From the NCBI GenBank assembly GCA_038321865.1, contig JBBQFH010000007.1, forward strand, positions 1 to 64,000: DNA of 64,000 nucleotides. The letters run 5' to 3'. The notes beneath the pieces were generated by a model, which was not told the origin of the DNA, did no database searches, and was given only the letters and a program-made list of their open reading frames with translations. A program made the position numbers and the translations under genes. How positions within the stretch are numbered: position 1 is the first letter of the stretch; the number at the start of each line of letters is the position of its first letter. This DNA is from Gemmatimonadales bacterium. GTDB taxonomy: Bacteria > Gemmatimonadota > Gemmatimonadetes > Gemmatimonadales > GWC2-71-9. Shown here piece after piece: positions 49,308 to 57,777 of this stretch.

Positions 49308-50252
49308 CTAGCCGGGAGCTTCCGCGTCGGACACGACGGCGCCGCGGCGAGGGCGGTCCAGATCCTGGCGGGCGAGGAGGGTATTGATCGATACCGCTGC
49401 CTCGGCGCCCTCCGCGGCGGCGACCACGACGAGCTGCGCGTCACGAGAAGCGTCACCAGCCACGAATACGCCCGGCACGTTGGTGCCCTCGCCCTGACGG
49501 GTCGCGACCGCCCCGGCCTCGGTGAAGCGGCAGCCAAGCTTGGCGGCGAGCCCCGATCGCTGGCGTTGCGAGGTGCAGAAGAATAGTGCCGAGCGCTTCA
49601 GCACGGAGCCGTCGGCCAGGACGACCTGTTCCAGCTTGTCCCCCCGCCCTTCCAGCCGAACGATCTTCTCAGGGCAGACCTCGATGCCGTGGGCGGCGAG
49701 CTCGGCCGAGAGCTCCGGGTCGACCCCGGGGAACCCGTCGGTGCACAACACGATGTCCCGCGTCCACACCAGCATGCCGAGGGCATAGCGCGCGGCCGTG
49801 TCGCCGCAGCCGTACACCGCGATGGGCTGATCGCGATGCTCCCACCCGTCGCAGTACGGGCAGTGGTGAACCGTACGCCCATAGTATCGCTCGATGCCCT
49901 CGATCACCGGCACATCGTCCACGACCCCGGTGCACAGCAGGAGCGTCCGGGCCTCGTACTGGTCGCCGCCGGTGAGCGTGACACGGAACCCGCCGGCGCT
50001 GGGTTCGGCATCGGCCACTTCGGTGTCGCGAAGCACGATCTTCCGGTAGGGCGCCAGCTGCTCGCGGGCAACGCGTAGAAAATCCGCCGGCGACAGGCCA
50101 TCACGGGTCAGATACCCGTGCATGCTCGCGGAGCACTGGTTTCGCGGCGTTCCGGCATCGAGCACGAGTGCCGAGCGGCACGCCCGACCGAGAATGAGCG
50201 CTGCGCTCAGTCCGGCCGGGCCGCCGCCCACGATGATGCAGTCGTACGTCAC
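49308..50252 (-). CDS. Thioredoxin-reductase-like NAD(P)/FAD oxidoreductase
   Basis: GGGPAGLSAA, HCPYCDG and TNVPGVFVAGD motifs. Confidence 0.92.
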   Translation of the reverse strand: MTYDCIIVGGGPAGLSAALILGRACRSALVLDAGTPRNQCSASMHGYLTRDGLSPADFLRVAREQLAPYRKIVLRDTEVADAEPSAGGFRVTLTGGDQYEARTLLLCTGVVDDVPVIEGIERYYGRTVHHCPYCDGWEHRDQPIAVYGCGDTAARYALGMLVWTRDIVLCTDGFPGVDPELSAELAAHGIEVCPEKIVRLEGRGDKLEQVVLADGSVLKRSALFFCTSQRQRSGLAAKLGCRFTEAGAVATRQGEGTNVPGVFVAGDASRDAQLVVVAAAEGAEAAVSINTLLARQDLDRPRRGAVVSDAEAPG

Positions 50253-50324
50253 GGAATCGATACGACGGTTATACAGCAGGAAGCAGCATTCCGGAAGAGC
50301 TCACCTGCGCCGGAATCTTGGGCC

Positions 50325-51062
50325 TCAGCCGCGAGCGGGAGCTGGCTCCCCCGATGGAGCGCCGGCCCCGGCCTCAATGACCTGCTTGAACCGGCGGAGG
50401 TCATCCGCGATCTGCTGCGACGGCGCCTCGCCCAGCAGGCGGGCGACCACGTCACCGAGGCGGCCGGCGGGCGGCTCATAGCTCAGCACGACCCGGACCT
50501 CGGTCCCGCCGCCGCCGGGCGCCGCCCGGAAATGGACCGATCCGGCGTTGGGAATATCGGAGCCCGGAAGGGACCTCCACGCGATCAGCTCGTTGGGAAT
50601 CTCGTTATGGATCTCGGCATCCCATTCGACTCTCTGCCCGGCGGGCGCCTTGGCAACCCAGTGCGAGCGGCGGGCGTCGATCGTCGTGACGCTCTCCAGG
50701 TGATCCATGAATCGCGGCAGATTTTCCAGGTCGCGCCAGAAGCTGAACAGCTCCTCCGCCGGCCGGTCGATGGTGACGCTCTGCTCGATCTTGACGCCCT
50801 GCCCCCGCCCCACGCTGGCCACCGGGCTCACCCGGTCGTCCGCGCCGGAAGCGGTGTTCCGGCCAATCGCTGCATTGACCGGGCACCGGCCGGTGGCCGC
50901 GCGTGCGAGCAGCCCGCCGCCGATCGGCAGCAGCAGTCCGCGCAGCCGGCGCTGCCGAAGGCTGAATGCGACCAGGGCCGCGCCCGCGAGGCCCGAAATG
51001 ATGCGCTCCGTCCGGCCCACGTTGACGCCGAGCTGGGCCTCCTCCGCCGTGTTTCTCGCCAT
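50325..51062 (-). CDS. SRPBCC/cyclase-family protein with N-terminal DUF2892-like segment
   Basis: NVGRTER, ATGRCP, WRDLENLPRFM, SHWVAKAPAG and DLRRFKQ. Confidence 0.88.
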   Translation of the reverse strand: MARNTAEEAQLGVNVGRTERIISGLAGAALVAFSLRQRRLRGLLLPIGGGLLARAATGRCPVNAAIGRNTASGADDRVSPVASVGRGQGVKIEQSVTIDRPAEELFSFWRDLENLPRFMDHLESVTTIDARRSHWVAKAPAGQRVEWDAEIHNEIPNELIAWRSLPGSDIPNAGSVHFRAAPGGGGTEVRVVLSYEPPAGRLGDVVARLLGEAPSQQIADDLRRFKQVIEAGAGAPSGEPAPARG

Positions 51063-51063
51063 A

Positions 51064-51936
51064 TCAGTTCTCTCCTTCCGCGGTGAGCATCGCTTTGAGC
51101 CGCCCCAAATCGTCGTGCAGCCGGAGCGCAGGGTCGGCGCCGAGCAGCCCGGGCTGGCGCATCGCCGGCGCACCGGGGCCCGGAGTGTAGGCGATACGGG
51201 CGTCGATTCGCGTCCCCGAGCCGGACGGGGAGAAGCGGATCGTGCCCACGTGCTGCACCGGGCTGTCCGCATCGCTCTCCCACGCCAGAAAATGCCCGGG
51301 CTGATCACCGGTCAGGTTCGCCGTCCAGATTACCGGTGCCCCGGCAGGACCGTCCATGGTCCAGCGCGATTTACCGGCCCCGAGGTCCTCGACGCGGGTG
51401 GCATGGGACAGCAGCCGCGAAAGATTTTCCCAGTTCCGCCAGAAGCCGTAGGCCGCCGCCGGGGTCGCGGCCACGTCGATGGAGCGCTGGGCCTCGACCG
51501 TCCGTCGGCGCTCCCGCAACAGTCCGCTCGGAAGGCGCTCGAGGTCCCTGAGTCCGGCGGCGAGCAGGCTGCCGCCGACGGAGCGCATCGCGCCGCCCAG
51601 CGGGCCGCGGCGGGCGACCCCGTAGAGCGCGAGCGCGCCGCCGGCCACACCGAAGGCAGCGGCGGAGCCGCTCAGCCGTCCGGGGGCAGCCTCACCGGTA
51701 CGCAGGCGGTGGGCGTCGAGTCCGTCGATATCACCCCGACGCGTACGCAGCGCCGACTCCGCACCGGGGCGGATCAACGTCCCGATTCCGCCAAGACCAC
51801 CGGCGCTGAATTCGGCACGAAGCTGCTCCACGCGACTCCGCACGCGAGCGCGGCGGCGTTTCCCGTGGGCAGGGTCGAGCAAATAGACCGCAGCGGCGCC
51901 GGCCGCAAAGCCGGCGAGAAACGACTTTCGTGCCAT
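51064..51936 (-). CDS. SRPBCC/cyclase-family protein with N-terminal YLLDPxxGxRRR segment
   Basis: YLLDPAHGKRRR, WRNWENL, SRWTMDGPAG and DLGRLK. Confidence 0.8.
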   Translation of the reverse strand: MARKSFLAGFAAGAAAVYLLDPAHGKRRRARVRSRVEQLRAEFSAGGLGGIGTLIRPGAESALRTRRGDIDGLDAHRLRTGEAAPGRLSGSAAAFGVAGGALALYGVARRGPLGGAMRSVGGSLLAAGLRDLERLPSGLLRERRRTVEAQRSIDVAATPAAAYGFWRNWENLSRLLSHATRVEDLGAGKSRWTMDGPAGAPVIWTANLTGDQPGHFLAWESDADSPVQHVGTIRFSPSGSGTRIDARIAYTPGPGAPAMRQPGLLGADPALRLHDDLGRLKAMLTAEGEN

Positions 51937-52077
51937 ACCTGCTCCCTTCGAGCCGAGCCCGACGTTCGACGGCTGTACGGTGTGAGTCAATAGTGGGTGT
52001 CGCGACCGCTTTCCCCTGTGACAAGGCTCACACAAATGTCGCGGCCACCCAGTCGTGGGCGCACCCGCCCGCCCTTC

Positions 52078-53376
52078 TCAGCGTGGCGGGGCCTGCTCGG
52101 AAAGTATGGATTCGGCCCGTTCAACCACGCGGGCGCGATCTGCCGCCCCCACGATCGAGCCGGCCTCAGCCCGCATCGCCTCGGCCTCGTCGCGCAACTT
52201 GCCCCGCAGCTCGTCGGAGCGGGCACACGCACCCACCGTCTCGATCGCGCCGAGCAGGCGGAGGGACACCTCGGGATAGTTCCGGGAGTAGCGGCGAATC
52301 GCATCCAGCGCGGCGGCGATGACCTCCGCGGGGCGGGCCGGCGTGGTCACCAGCCTGAGCATGCCGTCGCCATCGTAGCGGAACCCGGAGACCTCGTCCG
52401 CCTCGGCCAGCCGGCACAGCACCGACGAGAGATAGTCCACGCAGACGATCGCGGTAAACGGATCGTTCGTGGCGGAGGAGAGCGCGCGCACGCCGATCTC
52501 CACCAGCTGACCGACGGCGGCGCTCACATCGTGCAACGGTGTGCGAGCGCGCCCGATGAAGAACCGGCTCTGGATGTCGCGCATCACCCGCGCGCCACCC
52601 GGCTTGCCGTGTACGCGGACCAGCACGTCTCCCGCCCGGACAAATCTCCCCGGTCGCGCCAGCAGCTCCAGCACCAGATCGTGACGCCGGGCGAGGTCCA
52701 GCAGCCCCAGCCCATCGAGGCTCTCCACGTACCCGGTGCGGCGTGATGCGACGGCCGGACCCGCGGGTGGCGCCAGCTCCAACTCCGGGCCACCGCGCCC
52801 GATCAGCCTGGGGAAGAGCTCCCTGATGGTCGCGTCGGCTTCCCGGGTCGCAGCGGCAATCACGTTTTCCACCTGGATCATCGAGGCGACGTGATGAATG
52901 AAGTAGATCAGCACGCCCAGGCTGAGGATGGCCAGCGCGATCGCGAGCGACACCGATACGTGCGGCACGAAGCGGTCGCTCTCGTCGCCGCGCACGCCCT
53001 GCAGCACCAGCAGGCAATACAGAAACGTCGAGATGAAGGTGCCGAGGACGAATTCGTTGCCGGTGTCGCGCAGGAAGTTGCGAAGGAGACGGGGACCGAA
53101 TTGCGATGACGCGAGGGACAGGACGAGAATGGTGATCGAGAAGCTCACGCCGGCAACCGTCATAATGGATCCCGCCACGGTGGACAGGAGCCAGCGGGCG
53201 CCCTCGGCCGTCCCCTGATACAGCCAGTTGAGGCTGTTGATCTGGCCTTCGCTCAGGTGCCGGTCGAAGTTCAGCGCCGTGACGGCGAGCCCCGCGCTGA
53301 TCGTGGTCATGACGCTCGGCACGAGCCAGTAGCTCGCCCTGGCCCGTTCCCAGAAGTGACTCAGGCGGGCCGGCAC
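52078..53376 (-). CDS. DUF2254 family membrane protein
   Basis: SYWLVP, LASSQFGPRLLRNF, YFIHH and RALSSATNDPFTA. Confidence 0.88.
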   Translation of the reverse strand: MPARLSHFWERARASYWLVPSVMTTISAGLAVTALNFDRHLSEGQINSLNWLYQGTAEGARWLLSTVAGSIMTVAGVSFSITILVLSLASSQFGPRLLRNFLRDTGNEFVLGTFISTFLYCLLVLQGVRGDESDRFVPHVSVSLAIALAILSLGVLIYFIHHVASMIQVENVIAAATREADATIRELFPRLIGRGGPELELAPPAGPAVASRRTGYVESLDGLGLLDLARRHDLVLELLARPGRFVRAGDVLVRVHGKPGGARVMRDIQSRFFIGRARTPLHDVSAAVGQLVEIGVRALSSATNDPFTAIVCVDYLSSVLCRLAEADEVSGFRYDGDGMLRLVTTPARPAEVIAAALDAIRRYSRNYPEVSLRLLGAIETVGACARSDELRGKLRDEAEAMRAEAGSIVGAADRARVVERAESILSEQAPPR

Positions 53377-53378
53377 GC

Positions 53379-54998
53379 TCAGGCCCCGGCCGACGGGTCA
53401 GGCTCGTTGCGCAGCAGCATCGCGTAGGCCGGCACGGTGAGGAATTCGGCGAACTCGTCGGCCGTGACCAGGCGGTCGAGAATCAGCGCGGCCTCCTCGA
53501 AACGAGTCCCGCCCCAGCGCGCATCGCCCACATCGCGCCGAAGCGCATCCATCTCCTCACGGCGCAGACTCCGGTAGAGCTCCGCGGTGACGAGCGTGCC
53601 GTCGTCGAGCGTGGCGCCATGCCGGATCCACTGCCAGATCTGGCTCCTCGAAATCTCTGACGTCGCCGCATCCTCCATCAGGCTGAAGATCGGCACCGCT
53701 CCCTGTCCCCTCAACCAGGATTCGAGGTAGCGGAGCGCGACGGCGACGTTGGTGCGCAGTCCCGCGCCGGTGATCGTCCCCTCCGGCATGGCGAGCAGGT
53801 CCCGCGCGCTGACCTGCACGTCGTCCCGCAGCCGGGCAATCTGGTTGGGCCCCGGCATCCGCGCGTCGAACACCTCCTGCGCCGTCGCCACGAGGCCCGG
53901 ATGGGCCACCCAGGTGCCGTCGTGTCCTTCGTCCGCCTCCCGCTCCTTGTCCGCCCGGACCTTGGCGAAGGCGCGCTCGTTCGCCTCCGGATCGTTCTTG
54001 ATCGGAATCTGCGCGGCCATTCCGCCGATCGCATGAATGCCGCGCCGGTGGCAGGTCTTGATCGCGAGCTGAGCGTAGGCACGGAGGAATGCGCGGTCCA
54101 TCGTCACCTGGGCGCGATCGGGCAGGACGAATTCCGGGCGATGGTTGAACTTCTTGATGAAGCTGAAGATGTAGTCCCACCGCCCGCAGTTGAGGCCGGC
54201 GCTGTGCTCCCGCAGCTCATACAGGATTTCGTCCATCTCGAACGCGGCGAGAATCGTTTCGATCAGCACAGTCGCGCGGATGCTTCCGCGGGGAATGCCG
54301 AGCGCGTCCTGTGCGGCCACAAACACATCGTTCCACAGTCGCGCCTCGAGGTGACTCTCGAGCTTGGGGAGGTAGAAGTAGGGGCCGCTGCCGCGCTCGA
54401 GCAGAGGCCGCGCATTGTGGAAGAAAAACAGCCCGAAATCGAACAGGCTGGCCGAAACCGGCGCGCCGTCCAGCAGGGCATGACGCTCATCGAGGTGCCA
54501 GCCCCGCGGCCGGACCAGGAGGGTCGCGGTCTGTTCGGCGAGGCGGTACTCCCTGCCGTCGGCCGAGCAGTATTCGATGCGGCGGCGGACGGCGTCGATG
54601 AGGTTGAGCTGCCCCTGGATATTGTTGTCCCAGGTCGGGCTGTTTGCGTCCTCGAAGTCCGCCATGAAGACCTTCGCGCCGGAGTTCAGCGCGTTGATCA
54701 CCATCTTCCGCTCCACCGGACCGGTAATCTCCACTCGGCGGTCCACCAGGTCGGACGGGATGGGCGCCACCGTCCACGCGCCCTCCCGGATCTCCCGTGT
54801 CTCCTCCAGAAAGTCCGGCAGGCGACCGCCGTCGAGCGCCGCCTGCACGGCGATGCGGCGAGCCAGCAGCTCCCGGCGGCGCGGCTCGAAGCGCCGGGCA
54901 AGCGCCGCCACGAAGGCCAGCGCCTCGTCCGTGAGTACCGTTTCGTATCCCCGCCGGCGCGGGCCGTGCAGTTCCATCGCGGTGGTGCCCTGGGTCAC
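53379..54998 (-). CDS. aceB: Malate synthase A
   Basis: [33 protein letters not shown] and [12 protein letters not shown]. Confidence 0.96.
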   Translation of the reverse strand: MTQGTTAMELHGPRRRGYETVLTDEALAFVAALARRFEPRRRELLARRIAVQAALDGGRLPDFLEETREIREGAWTVAPIPSDLVDRRVEITGPVERKMVINALNSGAKVFMADFEDANSPTWDNNIQGQLNLIDAVRRRIEYCSADGREYRLAEQTATLLVRPRGWHLDERHALLDGAPVSASLFDFGLFFFHNARPLLERGSGPYFYLPKLESHLEARLWNDVFVAAQDALGIPRGSIRATVLIETILAAFEMDEILYELREHSAGLNCGRWDYIFSFIKKFNHRPEFVLPDRAQVTMDRAFLRAYAQLAIKTCHRRGIHAIGGMAAQIPIKNDPEANERAFAKVRADKEREADEGHDGTWVAHPGLVATAQEVFDARMPGPNQIARLRDDVQVSARDLLAMPEGTITGAGLRTNVAVALRYLESWLRGQGAVPIFSLMEDAATSEISRSQIWQWIRHGATLDDGTLVTAELYRSLRREEMDALRRDVGDARWGGTRFEEAALILDRLVTADEFAEFLTVPAYAMLLRNEPDPSAGA

Positions 54999-55135
54999 GT
55001 GAAGCTCCCGAACCGTGTGCGAATCAATGCTTCCATCGTCGAAAGGTGCACCGCGGGCGCCGACGCGGACAAGTGAGCAAAACGACCGTACGCTGGATCA
55101 CCGTCAATTCAGCTCCGATCCTGCCAGATTTGTGC

Positions 55136-56173
55136 ATGACCCTGCTCCGCCTCACCGACCGCGGCCTGTATTGCGAGACCGGAGACTTCTTCATCGACCC
55201 GTGGGGGCCCGTCGACCGGGCGCTCGTCACGCATGCGCACGGAGACCACGCCACCTGGGGCTGCCGCGAATACGTCACCGCCGCTCCGGGCGCGGGCGTC
55301 CTGGGCCGCCGAGTGGGGCCGGACAGCCACATCACCGGCGTACCGTACGGTGAGACCTCGGTCCTCAACGGCGTCCGGGTGTCGTTTCACCCCGCCGGCC
55401 ACATTCTGGGCTCGGCCCAGATCCGCGTGGAGTCGCGCGGGGAAATCTGGGTCGTCTCGGGCGACTACAAGACTGATCCCGATCCGACCTGTACCCCGTT
55501 CGAGCCGGTCCGGTGTCACACCTTCATCACCGAGTCCACCTTCGGCCTGCCGGTCTATCGCTGGCCGGCGCAAACGGAGGTCTTCGCCGAGATCAATGCC
55601 TGGTGGCGGGCCAACGCGGCGGCCGGCAAGACCTCGCTGCTGTATGGGTATGCGCTGGGAAAGGCGCAGCGCCTGCTGGCGGGACTCGACCCATCGATCG
55701 GATCGATTCTGACTCATGGAGCCGTCGAGCGGATGACCGGGGCCTACCGTGAAGCCGGCGTGGCGCTTCCGCCGACCACGCACGCCGCGCTGGTCACGGG
55801 CCGGGGCGCCACGCGGGGGGCGATGATCATCGCCCCGCCCTCGGCCGAAGGAGGAACGTGGGCCCGCCGGTTCGGCCCGTCGTCCCGCGCATTCGCATCT
55901 GGTTGGATGCGCGTGCGCGGGGCCAGGCGGCGGCGCGCGCTCGATCGTGGCTTTACGCTTTCGGATCATGTGGATTGGCCGGCGCTGCTCGCTGCCATCG
56001 ACGCGACCGGGGCGGAGCATGTATGGGTAACCCACGGATTTACTGGCGTCGTCGTACGGTGGCTGCAGGAGCACGGGCTCGACGCCAGAGCGATCGCCAC
56101 GCGATTTGAGGGTGAGCGTGACGATGTCCCGGCCGCCGAAGCTCCGGCCGACGAAGGTGGAGGCTCGGAGTGA
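55136..56173 (+). CDS. Ligase-associated DNA damage response exonuclease (MBL/beta-CASP)
   Basis: THAHGDH, PAGHILGS, SGDYK, ITESTFGLP and LSDHVDW motifs. Confidence 0.92.
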   Translation: MTLLRLTDRGLYCETGDFFIDPWGPVDRALVTHAHGDHATWGCREYVTAAPGAGVLGRRVGPDSHITGVPYGETSVLNGVRVSFHPAGHILGSAQIRVESRGEIWVVSGDYKTDPDPTCTPFEPVRCHTFITESTFGLPVYRWPAQTEVFAEINAWWRANAAAGKTSLLYGYALGKAQRLLAGLDPSIGSILTHGAVERMTGAYREAGVALPPTTHAALVTGRGATRGAMIIAPPSAEGGTWARRFGPSSRAFASGWMRVRGARRRRALDRGFTLSDHVDWPALLAAIDATGAEHVWVTHGFTGVVVRWLQEHGLDARAIATRFEGERDDVPAAEAPADEGGGSE

Positions 56174-57777
56174 AGGCGTTCGCCGCGCTCTACACTGCGC
56201 TCGACGAGACCACCGCCACCAACGACAAGACCGCGGCGCTCGTCGCCTACTTCCGCGATGCGCCTCCGGCGGACGCCGCCTGGGCGGTGCATTTCCTGAG
56301 CGGGCGCCGCCCCAAGCGCCTCGTCCGGGCGGGAGACCTGCGCGGGTGGGCCGGCGCGGAGGCCGGCGTGCCCGACTGGCTGTTCGAGGAATCGTATCAC
56401 GCCGTAGGCGACATGGCGGAGACCATCGGGTTGCTCCTGCCGGACGGGGGCGGCGGGGCGGATCGGCCGCTGGCGTACTGGGTGGAGGAGCGGCTCCTCG
56501 CGCTGCGCGGACTCGACGCCAATGCCCAGCGCGAGGCGCTGGTCGCGGCCTGGCGTGAGCTCGGAGGGCGCGAGCGCTACGTATGGAACAAGTTGATTAC
56601 CGGCGCGTTTCGCGTCGGCGCGTCCCAGCGGCTCGTGGTGCGCGCGCTGGCGGAGGTCAGCGGCATCTCGGAGGAAGTGATCGCACATCGGCTCATGGGA
56701 GCCTGGGAGCCCGGTCCGGAATTCTTCGCGCGCCTCGTGGCCGCCGACACCCGCGACGCGGACTGGAGCCGCCCCTACCCCTTCTTCCTCGCGCACGCGC
56801 TCGAACAGGAGCCGGCGGCCCTCGGCGACGTCGGCGAATGGCAGGCGGAGTGGAAGTGGGACGGAATTCGCGGCCAGCTGATCCGCCGGGCCGGACAGAC
56901 GTTCGTGTGGTCGCGCGGGGAGGACCTGCTCAACGGCCGGTTTCCCGAGGTCGAGGAGCTGGCAGCGTTCCTGCCTGCCGGCACCGTGATCGACGGTGAG
57001 CTCCTGCCGTGGCGCGATGGGGCGCCGCTCCCGTTCGCGCAAATGCAGCGGCGCATCGGCCGGAAAACGCTGGGCCGGAAAGTGCTGAGCGACGTACCGG
57101 TGGTGCTCGTCGCGTATGACCTGCTCGAGGAGCGGGGCGTCGACATCCGGGAGCTCCCCCTGGCCGAACGGCGCGCCCGCCTCGCGACGCTGGTGGGCGC
57201 GTTGCCGACGGGCGCGAGCATCAGGTTGTCACCGGTCGTTGCCGCGGATTCATGGGAGATGCTGGCGGCCGCTCGCCTCGCCGCGCGCGAGCGCGGCGCC
57301 GAAGGACTCATGCTGAAGCGCGCCGGCTCGGCGTACGGCGTCGGCCGGCGGCGCGGAGACTGGTGGAAGTGGAAGGTGGATCCGCTCACGGTGGATGCCG
57401 TGCTGATCTACGCCCAGGCCGGCAGCGGCCGCCGCGCGGGCCTGTTCACCGATTACACTTTCGGCGTGTGGGATGGCGACCGCCTCGTTCCCATTGCGAA
57501 GGCGTACTCCGGCCTCACGGATGAGGAGATCCGCCAGGTGGACGCGTTCGTCCGGCGGAACACACTGGAAAAGTTCGGCCCTGTCCGCGTCGTGAAGCCG
57601 GAGCTGGTGTTCGAGCTGGCCTTCGAGGGCATCCAGCGCTCGACCCGCCACAAGAGCGGCGTCGCGGTGCGTTTCCCCCGCATGGCGCGTCGGCGTCCCG
57701 ACAAACCGGCGTCGGAGGCCGACACGCTGGAAAACGTTCGCCGCATGATCGACGCCGACGCCCCGGTGGTCAAATGA
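56170..57777 (+). CDS. ATP-dependent DNA ligase
   Basis: Motif I EWKWDGIR, IDGE, YDLL, EGLMLK, WWKWK and VRFPR. Confidence 0.95.
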   Translation: MKAFAALYTALDETTATNDKTAALVAYFRDAPPADAAWAVHFLSGRRPKRLVRAGDLRGWAGAEAGVPDWLFEESYHAVGDMAETIGLLLPDGGGGADRPLAYWVEERLLALRGLDANAQREALVAAWRELGGRERYVWNKLITGAFRVGASQRLVVRALAEVSGISEEVIAHRLMGAWEPGPEFFARLVAADTRDADWSRPYPFFLAHALEQEPAALGDVGEWQAEWKWDGIRGQLIRRAGQTFVWSRGEDLLNGRFPEVEELAAFLPAGTVIDGELLPWRDGAPLPFAQMQRRIGRKTLGRKVLSDVPVVLVAYDLLEERGVDIRELPLAERRARLATLVGALPTGASIRLSPVVAADSWEMLAAARLAARERGAEGLMLKRAGSAYGVGRRRGDWWKWKVDPLTVDAVLIYAQAGSGRRAGLFTDYTFGVWDGDRLVPIAKAYSGLTDEEIRQVDAFVRRNTLEKFGPVRVVKPELVFELAFEGIQRSTRHKSGVAVRFPRMARRRPDKPASEADTLENVRRMIDADAPVVK

